Assembly (NCBI GenBank): GCA_963781065.1
Contig: CAWAET010000004.1
Span: forward strand, 139,093 to 203,092
From: Thermoanaerobaculia bacterium
GTDB lineage: Bacteria > Acidobacteriota > Thermoanaerobaculia > Multivoradales > JAHEKO01
Length of the DNA: 64,000 nt
Direction of reading: 5' to 3'
The position numbers and the translations under genes were made by a program. Under the pieces are notes generated by a model. The model was not told the DNA's origin. It saw only the letters and a list, made by a program, of their open reading frames with translations, and made no database searches. Positions 9,901 to 18,261 of this stretch are shown here, piece by piece (the stretch's first letter is position 1; each line of letters begins with the position of its first letter).

Positions 9901-12398
9901 CGCAGCTTCCGCCTGGAAGGCAACACGGCCACCATCCGGCTGCCGATGCGCGGCAGCTACCGGCCGAACGCCTACCTCACCGCCACCCTGGTGCGCGGCG
10001 TCGAGGCGATCGAGCCCGGCGCCGTGGGCCGCGCCTTCGGCGCCGTGCCGCTCAACGTCGAACGGGGCAGCAACCGGCTGGAGGTGACGCTCGAGGCGCC
10101 GGCCGAGCTGCGCTCGGCCAGCCGGCTGGAGGTGGCGGTGGCCAGCGCCCCCGGCGCCGCGGTCACCGTCGCCGCGGTCGACGAGGGGATCCTGCAGCTG
10201 ATCGCCCAGCGGACACCGGACCCGTTCGCCTTCTTCTACCGCAAGCTGCGGCTCGGGGTGCGGTCCTACGACACCTTCAGCCTGCTGCTGCCGGAGATCG
10301 AGGCGCCGGCGGCGGTCGGCGGCGGCGAGGGCGGGCCCGGCGAAGCCCAGTACGTCCGCAGCGAGTCGATCCGCCGGGTGAAGCCGGTGGCCTTCTGGTC
10401 GGGGGTGCTCGAGACCGACGCCAGCGGCCGCGCCCGGGCGGAGTTCCAGCTGCCCGAGTTCGCCGGCGCCGTGCGGCTGATGGCGGTGGCCAGCGACCGC
10501 GACCGCTTCGGCTCGGCCGAAGCCACGACCCGGGTGCGCGACCCGCTGGTGCTGACGCCCACCCTGCCGCGGATCCTCTCTTTCGGCGAGACCCTGGAGG
10601 TGCCGGTGACCGTGCGCAACGACACCGGCCGGCCGGGGCGGTTCGAGGTGGGTCTGACGGTCGCCGGCGCCGCCACCCTCTCGGGTGAGACGAGCGGCGC
10701 GCTCGAGCTGCCCGACGGCGCCGAGCGCACCGCCTGGTTCACCGTGGCGACCGGGCTCGAGGAGGGCTCGGTCCGCTTCGCCTTCAGCGCCAGCGGCAAC
10801 GGCGAGAGGGCCGCGGCCGAAGTCGCGGTGGACGTGCGGCCCGACCTGCCGCCCCAAGCCACCTCGCTCGGCGGTGCCCTGACCGACGCCGAGACCGAGC
10901 TGCCGGCCCCCGAGGCCGCCTTCCGGCAGGGCTCGGTCCGACGCCGGCTGCAGATCGGCTCGCTGCCGCTGGTCCGCTTCGGCCGCCAGCTCAGCGACCT
11001 CGTGCGCTACCCATACGGCTGCATGGAGCAGACCCTGTCGCGCGCCTTCCCGCTGATCTACCTCGAAGAGCTGGCGCAGGAGTTCGAGCCCGAGCTGCTC
11101 GATCCGGCAAAGGGGGGCACCGAGCCGGCAGCGCTGGTCGACGACGCCCTGCGGCGGGTGGCCTACCACCAGGTCGACGGCGGCGGCTTCGCGCTCTGGC
11201 GCGGCGGCCGCGAGCCGCACCCCTGGACCAGCGTCTACGCCAGCCACTTCCTGATCGAGGCGCGGCGCGCCGGCTACGCCACCGACCCGCAGCTCGAGTC
11301 GCGGGCGCTCGGCTATCTGCGCGGCCTGGTTCGGGCCAAGAACCGTTACGGCAGCGACGAGCTCGAGCGGGCGGTCTACGCCCTCTATGTGCTCAGCCGC
11401 GCCGGCGAGGCCGAGCTCGGGGTGATGGACTTCCTGCGCGAGCGCCAGTCGTCGAGCATGACCCGGGCGTCGCGGGCGCTGCTGGCGGCGGCCTACGCCG
11501 GGGTCGGCAACCGCGACGCGGTCGACGAGCTGGCCGCCGGGCTCGCGGACGTCGAGCGGGTCGAGCGCGACACCGGCCGCAACTTCCGCTCGACGGTACG
11601 CGACCGGGCGATGCTGCTAATGGCGCTCGAGGAAGCGGACCCCGAGAGCGCCGCCATCCCGGCGCTCGTGGAACGGCTGGGGCGCGACGCGAAAGGTATC
11701 TGGACCACCCAGGAGACCGCCTTCACCCTGATCGCCATCGGCCAGCTGGTTCGCCGCCAGCGCGACCGGCCGCCGTTCGCCGGCACGGTCTGGGTAGGCG
11801 ATCGCCGGTTGGGCCGGTTCACCAGCGACGAGACCGCGGTCTTCGACGGCATGGACGGCGCCGGCGCGGTGCGGATCGTCCTCGACGAGGGCTACCAGCC
11901 CGGCTCGGCCTTCTACACCCTGACCACCCGCGGCATTCCGCGCGACGCCGCCTACCGGCCGCTGGCCGAGGGGCTCGAGGTCGAGCGGTTCCTGCTCGAC
12001 CGCGACGGCCGCGAGATCGACCCGGACGCCGTCCGGCAGGGCGACCTGATCGTCGTCAAGACGCGCGTCCGCTCGGTCGCCGGGCCGGTCGACAACGTGG
12101 TGGTGCAGCAGCTCCTGCCCTCCGGCCTCGAGGTCGAGAATGCGCGCCTCGAGACCACCGAGACGCTGCCCTGGGTGACCGACGCCAACCTGGCGCCGGA
12201 CTCGGTCGATCTGCGCGACGACCGGGTGCTGGTCTTCACCAGCCTGCCGGCCGACAGCTGGCAGACGCTCTACAGCCTGACCCGGGCGGTGGCGCCGGGC
12301 AGCTTCCGGCTGCCGCCGGTCCACGCCGAGGCGATGTACAACCCGGCGCTGCGGGCGAGCGGGGCGAGCGCGGCGGGCTGGAGGTGGGCAGGCGTTGA
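6943..12398 (+). CDS. bacterial alpha-2-macroglobulin (YfhM/ECAM-type, thioester-containing), with an apparent 1-nt frameshift about 10 codons before the stop
   Basis: ATG 6943 sits behind the AGGAGG SD. N-terminal TM anchor AVIAALALGLAGSLWWAF. Thioester motif YPYGCMEQT (CMEQ at 11020-11031). The tail ...VHAEAMYNPALRA is typical of the family. The native-looking C-terminus GGLEVGRR* with TGA 12396-12398 is in the -1 frame. The track ORF 6664..14856 is off-frame read-through. Confidence 0.85.
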
Positions 12399-14953
12399 TG
12401 AACCGCGCAGTCCGTCGGTACTTCGCGACGGCCGGGCTTTGCTTGCGAATGGCCGGGCGCTTTATTGCCTGGGCCGGGCTTCGCCTCCGGGTAGCCCCCC
12501 GTCGCTCCGCTCAGTATCTTCATGCTCCGCTCTGGGGGGCTACCACTCCGGCTACGCCCTTCGATGGCGGTGCTCGGACCGGAATCGCTCCGGCTGCGCC
12601 CTCCGACAGGCGGCTCAGGGCCGCAGCCGGCGCCGTCGTTTCGCTCGTGGCGGTGCTCGTGGCTTCGGCGATGCTGCTGATCCTGGACCGGCTCTATCCG
12701 CCGCCGATCGAGGCGCTGACGCGGCCGGCGGCGGTGACGGTCCTGGGCGCCGACGGCGAGCCGCTGCGGCTCTTCCTGCCGGCGGACGATCGCTGGCGGC
12801 TGCCGGTCAACCTCGACGAGCTGCCGGCCGAGCTGCCGGCGGCGGTGATCGCCGCCGAGGACTCGCGGTTCTATCGCCATCCCGGGGTCGACCCGCTGGC
12901 CGTCCTGCGCGCCACCTGGCAGAACCTCCGCGCCGGGCGCGTGGTCTCGGGCGGCTCGACCCTGCCGATGCAGCTCGCCCGGCTGGCCGAGCCGGCCCCC
13001 CGCACCCTGGCCGCCAAACTGCGCGAGGCGGTGCGGGCGGTGCAGCTCGAGCGCCGGTTCTCGAAGCGCCAGCTGCTCGAGCTGTACCTCAATCTGGCGC
13101 CCTACGGCGGCAACCTCGAAGGGGTCGGGGCCGCCAGCCGCTTCTACTTCGGCAAGCAGCCGGCGGCGCTGTCGCCGGGGGAGATCGCCCTGCTGGTGGC
13201 GTTGCCGCGCTCACCCAACCTCTACGACCCGACCCGCGATCCCGATCGGCCGCCCAAGGCGGCGCTGGCGGTGCGGGACCGGGTGCTCGACCGGCTCCTC
13301 GAGGCCGGGGTGTTCGACGATCGCCAGGTGGCCGCCGCCCGCCGCCAGCCGCTGCCGAGGCGGCGGCAGCCGGTGCCGTTCATCGCCCCGCACTTCACCC
13401 GCTGGGCGGCGGCCCGATCGCCGGGGGAGACGCGGGTGGCCACCACACTCGACCGCTCGACCCAGCGCATCGCCGAGGCCCAGGTGACGCGGCAGGTTGC
13501 CGGGCTGCGGCGGCAGGGCATCGCCCAGGCGGCGGTGGTGGTGGTCGAGACCCGCGGCCGGCGCCTGCGAGCGCTGGTCGGCTCGGCGGGCTTCCTCGAG
13601 CCGGGGCGGGCGGGGCAGGTCGACGGCGCCCTGGCCCGCCGGTCGCCGGGCTCGACCCTCAAGCCGTTCCTCTACGCCCTGGCCGTCGACCGCGGCCTGA
13701 TCGTCCCCGACAGCTATCTGCTGGACGTGCCGACCGACTACGCCGGCTACGTGGCCGAGAACTACGACGGCCGATACAACGGCCGGGTGACGGCGCGCGA
13801 GGCGCTGCGCCGGTCGCTCAACGCACCGGCGGTGCGGCTGCTGGCGCGGGTCGGTCTGGGACCGTTCCGCGAGCTTCTCGAAAGCGGCGGCATCTCCACC
13901 CTCGACCGCCCCGCCGGCCGCTACGGGCTGCCCCTGGTGCTGGGCGCCGGCGAGGTCAGCCTGGTCGAGCTGACCAACCTCTACGCCACCCTGGCCGATG
14001 GCGGGCGCTACCTGCCGATCGCCTGGCGCGCGCCGGGGCGCGGCTCCGGTCGGCCGGCGGCAAGCGGCGGGCCAGCCCCCGGCGGCCGCCGCGCGGGCGA
14101 GCCCCTGCTGTCGCGCGAGACCACGCGGCTGATCACCGAGATCCTGCGCGGGGTGGAGCGGCCGGACCTGCCCGACGCCTGGCGGCTGGCGCGCGACGTG
14201 CCGGCGGTGGCCTGGAAGACCGGCACCTCCTACGGCCACCGCGACGCCTGGGCGGTGGGCTACTCCGGCCGCTACACGATCGGCGTCTGGGTGGGCAACT
14301 TCGACGGCGCGGCGCGGCAGGGCATCTCCGGCTCCCAGCACGCGGCGCCGCTGCTTTTCGACCTGTTCCGGGCGCTCGAGCCGGGCGGCGGCGAGACCGG
14401 CCGGTCGGCGGGTCTGCGCATCGAAAGCCTCGAGGTCTGCGCCCTGAGCCACCAACTGCCGGGCCCCTGGTGCCCGAGCCGGGTCCGGATCGACTACCTG
14501 CCGGGCCGGTCGAGGCTCGAGCGGTGCGACCACCACCAGCGGACGCGGGTCGCCGCCGGCGGCGGCGGCGGGCCGGCCTTCCGCCAAGTCACCCACTACC
14601 CCGCCGAACTGGTCGCCTGGTGGCGCAGCGAGGGGCAGGAGCCGCCCGCCGGCACCGCCGTGGCCGCGGCGACCAACCTGTCCGCGGGCGAGGTGCCGCG
14701 CATCGTCTCGCCCGACCGGGCGACGCCCTACCAACTGCGCCGCGACGCCCCTCTCGAGCACCAGCGCATCCCGCTCGTCGCCCACGCCGGGCTCGACGTG
14801 GACCGGCTCTACTGGTTTCGCGATGGGGTGCTGGTGGCCACCGCCGCGCCGGGTGAGCGCCGCTTTCTCGACCCCCTGCCCGGCAGCCACCGGCTGGTGG
14901 TGACCGACAACCGCGGCCGTTCGAACGGCATGGACTACGAGGTTCGGCCGTAG
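12398..14953 (+). CDS. pbpC: penicillin-binding protein 1C (bifunctional transglycosylase/transpeptidase)
   Basis: ATG 12398 overlaps the frame-0 TGA of the A2M gene (TGATG). GT51 motif AAEDSRFYRHPGVD. Transpeptidase motifs SPGSTLKP (SxxK) and WKTGTS. The classical A2M-PbpC gene pair. The N-terminal tail contains a repeat-element insertion. Confidence 0.9.
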   Translation: MNRAVRRYFATAGLCLRMAGRFIAWAGLRLRVAPRRSAQYLHAPLWGATTPATPFDGGARTGIAPAAPSDRRLRAAAGAVVSLVAVLVASAMLLILDRLYPPPIEALTRPAAVTVLGADGEPLRLFLPADDRWRLPVNLDELPAELPAAVIAAEDSRFYRHPGVDPLAVLRATWQNLRAGRVVSGGSTLPMQLARLAEPAPRTLAAKLREAVRAVQLERRFSKRQLLELYLNLAPYGGNLEGVGAASRFYFGKQPAALSPGEIALLVALPRSPNLYDPTRDPDRPPKAALAVRDRVLDRLLEAGVFDDRQVAAARRQPLPRRRQPVPFIAPHFTRWAAARSPGETRVATTLDRSTQRIAEAQVTRQVAGLRRQGIAQAAVVVVETRGRRLRALVGSAGFLEPGRAGQVDGALARRSPGSTLKPFLYALAVDRGLIVPDSYLLDVPTDYAGYVAENYDGRYNGRVTAREALRRSLNAPAVRLLARVGLGPFRELLESGGISTLDRPAGRYGLPLVLGAGEVSLVELTNLYATLADGGRYLPIAWRAPGRGSGRPAASGGPAPGGRRAGEPLLSRETTRLITEILRGVERPDLPDAWRLARDVPAVAWKTGTSYGHRDAWAVGYSGRYTIGVWVGNFDGAARQGISGSQHAAPLLFDLFRALEPGGGETGRSAGLRIESLEVCALSHQLPGPWCPSRVRIDYLPGRSRLERCDHHQRTRVAAGGGGGPAFRQVTHYPAELVAWWRSEGQEPPAGTAVAAATNLSAGEVPRIVSPDRATPYQLRRDAPLEHQRIPLVAHAGLDVDRLYWFRDGVLVATAAPGERRFLDPLPGSHRLVVTDNRGRSNGMDYEVRP
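12430..12606 (-). repeat. copy (reverse orientation) of the GC-rich interspersed repeat family, lying inside the pbpC 5' coding region
   Basis: gggccgggcttcgcctccggg is the exact reverse complement of cccggaggcgaagcccggccc, and ccactccggctacgccct is the exact reverse complement of agggcgtagccggagtgg, both from the units at 18.0 and 28.3 kb. It has an AT-rich core, cagtatcttcat. Confidence 0.8.
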
Positions 14954-14975
14954 CGGTCGACCTCCGTGTCGACCG
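14954..14975. terminator. hairpin between convergent pbpC and MBL genes
   Basis: cggtcgac-ctccgt-gtcgaccg forms an 8-bp perfect stem directly after the pbpC stop. There is no U-tract. Confidence 0.35.
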
Positions 14976-15006
14976 TTGGGTGGATGCGGCGAGAACGGTG
15001 CGCGGC

Positions 15007-16131
15007 CTACGGCGCCGGCTGGACGTAGCCCGCGTCGAGCAGCTCCCAGATGCGGTCTACGGTGTGACGGGGTACCCCGGGGCCGTCGATCTGCGGGAAG
15101 TGCGGCGCGTGCTTGCTGAGGTCGATCGCGGCCGCCGCCTCCTCCGCCGACATGTCCGCGGCGCGCAGATGGCCCGCCTGGTGCCAGAGGTCGATCAAGT
15201 ACAGCTGCAGGTGCCGCACCCGCTCCACCTCGGTGTAGGCCGGGCCGTGGCCCGGCAGGATCACCTCGACGTCGAGGGCCGCAACCTCGTCGAGCGCCGC
15301 GACCCACTCGGGGACGAAAGCGTCGCCCATGTAGGGCAGCCCGGCGGTCAGCAGGTCGCCCGAGATGAGTGCCTTCTCCGCCGGCAGGTAGACCACGACG
15401 TCGCCGCCGGTGTGGCCGCGGCCGAGGTGCAGCAGGCGGATCTCGCGGCCGCCGCGGTAGAGCGTCACCGCCTCGCGCAGCGCCAGGGTCGGCGCCCGCG
15501 GGGCGACCGCCTCGCTTTCCTCGTAGACCTTCATGGCGAAAGCCATGCGCTGCTCCATCGCCGCCCGCTCCTCCTCCGAGAGTGAATCGAGCCCCGCCCT
15601 CATCCGCTCCACGCCCTGCGGCGTGCCGCCGATGAAGCCCTCGTAGCCGCGCCCGCGCTTGCTGTCGCCGGCGGCGACCTTCCGCCGGGTGAACTCGTGC
15701 GCCACGATCTCGACGTCGGGGCCGAAGGCCTGGTTGCCGTGGGTGTGGTCGAAGTGGAAGTGGGTGTTGACCAGGTAGCGGATCGGTTTGTCGGTGATCT
15801 TCTCGAGGTCGGCCAGCAGCGCCTTCGCCGCCGAGGGCGTCATGTGCGAGTCGACCACCAGGACGTCGCGCTCGTTGACCACCAGGGCGCCGTTCGAGCC
15901 GGCGGCCACCGTGTCGCCGCCGACCGCGTGCCAGACGCCGGGGCGGACCTCGGTGAAGGTGAAGGCGTCGCCTTCTACCGTCTTCCATTCATGGCGCTGC
16001 GGTTCCTGGCGCTGCGGTTCCTGACCCTGGGATTCCCGGCCCTGGGATTCATGGCCGTCGGCCGGGGCGGTGAACGGGACGGCCAGCAGCAGGGCCAGCA
16101 AGACCTGGGGCAAGACTCGTGATTCGCGCAT
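15007..16131 (-). CDS. secreted MBL-fold metallo-hydrolase
   Basis: 374 aa with a signal peptide, the HFHFDH metal motif, later HTGGD and PGHG, and a pentapeptide-repeat linker (ESQG/QEPQR). Confidence 0.85.
   Translation of the reverse strand: MRESRVLPQVLLALLLAVPFTAPADGHESQGRESQGQEPQRQEPQRHEWKTVEGDAFTFTEVRPGVWHAVGGDTVAAGSNGALVVNERDVLVVDSHMTPSAAKALLADLEKITDKPIRYLVNTHFHFDHTHGNQAFGPDVEIVAHEFTRRKVAAGDSKRGRGYEGFIGGTPQGVERMRAGLDSLSEEERAAMEQRMAFAMKVYEESEAVAPRAPTLALREAVTLYRGGREIRLLHLGRGHTGGDVVVYLPAEKALISGDLLTAGLPYMGDAFVPEWVAALDEVAALDVEVILPGHGPAYTEVERVRHLQLYLIDLWHQAGHLRAADMSAEEAAAAIDLSKHAPHFPQIDGPGVPRHTVDRIWELLDAGYVQPAP
15992..16051. repeat. 15-nt in-frame tandem repeats (2+2 copies) in the MBL linker
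   Basis: tggcgctgcggttcc occurs twice (15992-16021), followed by tgaccctgggattcc / cggccctgggattca (16022-16051). Confidence 0.7.
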
Positions 16132-16222
16132 GCCTGGAGACTAACAGCGCCGCAAGGCCGGGATGCCCCTGGCCGATACCCGCTCCGACCCGGCCGCTCT
16201 CGGCTGGGACGGCGGAAGCGCT

Positions 16223-16732
16223 CTACCCCTCGGGGAGCACCCGGCGCCCGAAGCGCAGGCGGTCCAGCCAGTAGCGCTCGCGCAGCACCTCGGTCTCGAC
16301 CACGCCATGCGAGCTCGAGGCGTGGATCATGCGGAGCGGAGCGCCGGCCGCCGAGACCACCAGGCCGACATGGTTCGGCTTGGCGGCGGTAGCGAAGAAG
16401 ACCAGGTCTCCGGCCCGCAGCTCGTCGAGGGGCACCCAGCTGCCGGCCTCGGCCTGCTCTGCCGCGGTCCGCGGCAGCGGCACGCCGGCGGCGGCGAAGG
16501 CGTAGGAGGTCAGGCCGGAGCAGTCGAACCCACGCCGGTCGTCGCCGCCGTAGCGGTAGGGTGCGCCGAGGACCGAGCGCGCGGCGGCCACGGGGCCGGA
16601 CGGTCTCTCATCAGGCGACGCCGCGCGGGGCTGGGGCACCTCGCGGGGCGCCCGCACAGGGGCCGAGCCGCAGCCCGCGGCCAGCGCCACCGCGATCGCG
16701 GCCAGGACCAGCGCGCATCGGCGAGCCTCCAT
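16223..16732 (-). CDS. NlpC/P60 (C40) peptidoglycan endopeptidase lipoprotein
   Basis: From ATG 16732: MEARRCALVLAAIAVALAAGC|GS lipobox. Catalytic-Cys context GFDCSGLTSYAF and later His NHVGLVV. The track start at 16792 is probably an over-extension. Confidence 0.85.
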   Translation of the reverse strand: MEARRCALVLAAIAVALAAGCGSAPVRAPREVPQPRAASPDERPSGPVAAARSVLGAPYRYGGDDRRGFDCSGLTSYAFAAAGVPLPRTAAEQAEAGSWVPLDELRAGDLVFFATAAKPNHVGLVVSAAGAPLRMIHASSSHGVVETEVLRERYWLDRLRFGRRVLPEG

Positions 16733-16826
16733 TCCGGGAAGGGCGGATAACGATTGCCGCGTCAAACCGTAGACAGGGTATCGTCTCGGCACTTCACGCC
16801 CGCGAACGAGTCAAGGGGGACCACTC

Positions 16827-17615
16827 ATGATCCGACGGATAACACGGGAATCGTACCGGGCGCTGGCGCTGACGGCAGCCCTGTCGCTGGCCGCGGCCGG
16901 CGCGCAAGGCGCCGGCTCGCAGGAGGTCGTCACCAGGATGATCGACGCGCACGGCGGCATGGACGCCTGGGCGGCGGCGCCGACGGTGGCCTTCACCGAG
17001 GAGTTTCGCCAGGGCGAGGCGACCGCCGGCTTCCCGGGCCGGGTGATCGTCGAGCAGGGCCGGCGCCGGGCGATGCTCGACTACAACGGCATGCGGGCGT
17101 TCTGGGACGGCGAGAAGGCCTGGAGCGTCAACTGGATGGTGCCCATGCCACCCCGCTTCCTGGCGCTGCTCAACTACTACTTCGTCAACCTGCCGTGGCT
17201 GACCCGGGACGACGGGGTCATCCTGGGCGAGCCCGGCACCGGCAAGCTGTGGGACGACCCGACCGAGTACGTCACCGTGAAGATGACCTTTGCCCCCGGG
17301 GTCGGCGACACGCCCGACGACTACTACATCCTCTACATCCACCCGGAGACCCATCAACTCAGGGCCAACGAGTACGTCGTCACCTACCGCTCGCTGCTGC
17401 CCGAAGGCGTCGACGCCACCGATCCGCACATTCTCGTCTACGACGAGTACACCGAGGTCGGCGGGCTGGTGGTGCCGAGCCACTACACGATCTACCTGAC
17501 CGACCGGTCGATCTACGGCTCCTGCGCCATCACCGGCTGGTCGTTCAGCGAGCCCTGGGACGAGAGCTGGATGGAGATGCCCGAGGGGGCGGTGGTGGAC
17601 ACCAGCGAGCCTTGA
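16827..17615 (+). CDS. secreted hypothetical protein (LolA-like fold suspected)
   Basis: 262 aa with signal peptide ALALTAALSLAAAGAQG and normal composition (Tyr/Trp/Asp-rich). Confidence 0.8.
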   Translation: MIRRITRESYRALALTAALSLAAAGAQGAGSQEVVTRMIDAHGGMDAWAAAPTVAFTEEFRQGEATAGFPGRVIVEQGRRRAMLDYNGMRAFWDGEKAWSVNWMVPMPPRFLALLNYYFVNLPWLTRDDGVILGEPGTGKLWDDPTEYVTVKMTFAPGVGDTPDDYYILYIHPETHQLRANEYVVTYRSLLPEGVDATDPHILVYDEYTEVGGLVVPSHYTIYLTDRSIYGSCAITGWSFSEPWDESWMEMPEGAVVDTSEP

Positions 17616-17765
17616 GGCCCCCCGGACGGGCCACCGTCGGAGGGGCGGTCCGGAGGAACGGCAGCATCGGCAGAGACTCGGCGACAGGGCCACGGAGCCG
17701 GCCCGGAAGTGGCGGCCGGCAGATAAGCGGCGATGCTTGGCGCCGGCTCGGCAACAGGCAGTCGA

Positions 17766-17913
17766 GGGATGGGTCCTCCGGGGGGCCGGCCCGCGCTGTT
17801 CCGAATATGGGCAGGAGGCGCCGCCTCCTTCGCGCGCCGCTCGGACCGGGCGATGCCCTTTGGCCGGAGGTGCAAGCGCGCCGGCTCAGAGCGCCCCCGG
17901 GTGGACCCATCCC
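17766..17913. repeat. hairpin element E2 (weaker member of the E1/E3 family)
   Basis: GGGATGGGTCC (17766-17776) pairs with GGACCCATCCC (17903-17913), extendable with a mismatch and a bulge. Like E3, it is followed by gacgccggcct and then by the tandem array. Confidence 0.55.
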
Positions 17914-17936
17914 GTGCGACTCCGGACGCCGGCCTG

Positions 17937-18238
17937 CCGGTGAGCGGCTGACGCCCCGCGAGGAGCGAAGCATAAACATGCAATAGCGAAGCGACCGCGG
18001 GGCGACCCGGAGGCGAAGCCCGGCCCACGTGCACCACCGGAGGGCGTAGCCGGAGTGGGCGCCCCCGAGGAGCGGAGCCTTGGCTGCGAGCGCAGCGACC
18101 GGGGAGCGACCACGCAGGCGAAGCCCGGCCCCGTACGCAAACCGGAGGGCGTAGCCGGAGTGGGCGCCCCGCGAGGAGCGAAGCATAAACATACGTAGCG
18201 AAGCGACCGCGGGGCGTCCCGTAGGCGAAGCCCGGCCC
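17937..18238 (+). repeat. tandem array (~2.9 units, period 105 nt) of the GC-rich repeat with an AT-rich core
   Basis: Unit starts CCGGAGGGCGTAGCCGGAGTGGGCGCCCC at 18037 and 18142. Each unit ends ..GGCGAAGCCCGGCCC. Two core types alternate (..GAGCGAAGCATAAACATGCAATAGCGAAGCGACC.. and ..GAGCGGAGCCTTGGCTGCGAGCGCAGCGACC..). Confidence 0.85.
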
Positions 18239-18261
18239 TATCGCGCAAGCGGCCGCATGCG

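Noticed and set aside
6766-11247. Very long antisense or off-frame ORFs: 6766..11247 (-), 6888..10688 (+), 13211..15988 (-), 24747..27725 (-), 47693..50788 (+), 48180..50843 (-), 53643..57647 (+), and many shorter ones.
   Set aside because: All are mirror or shifted frames of well-supported genes. They have extreme Arg/Pro/Gly/Ala composition, no recognisable motifs, no SD, and no Lys/Ile/Phe/Tyr content. They are classic high-GC shadow ORFs.
6664-14856. A 2730-aa ORF in the track that could be read as one giant protein.
   Set aside because: It starts upstream of the SD-preceded ATG at 6943. After residue ~1900 the translation turns into Arg/Pro/Gly/Ala-rich nonsense, while a clean PbpC reading frame runs in parallel at 12398..14953. 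It is an alpha-2-macroglobulin gene reading through in the wrong frame because stop codons are rare at this GC content.
17545-18192. ORFs translated from the repeat arrays (for example 17545..18192, 17886..18248, 27957..28487, 28183..28482) with recurring peptides such as AHSGYALR and GLRLRVAPRSLRY.
   Set aside because: The recurrence simply reflects the nucleotide repeat. Composition is non-protein-like, several frames are open simultaneously, and no start or SD context exists. The one exception is the copy inside pbpC, which is discussed as a finding.
17937-18238. The possibility that the tandem arrays at 17.9-18.2 kb and 28.2-28.5 kb are CRISPR arrays.
   Set aside because: The repeat units are ~95 nt, separated by only ~10-nt linkers that are themselves similar. 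Cores vary between two types. No cas genes are in the window and no unique spacers of 25-40 nt are present.
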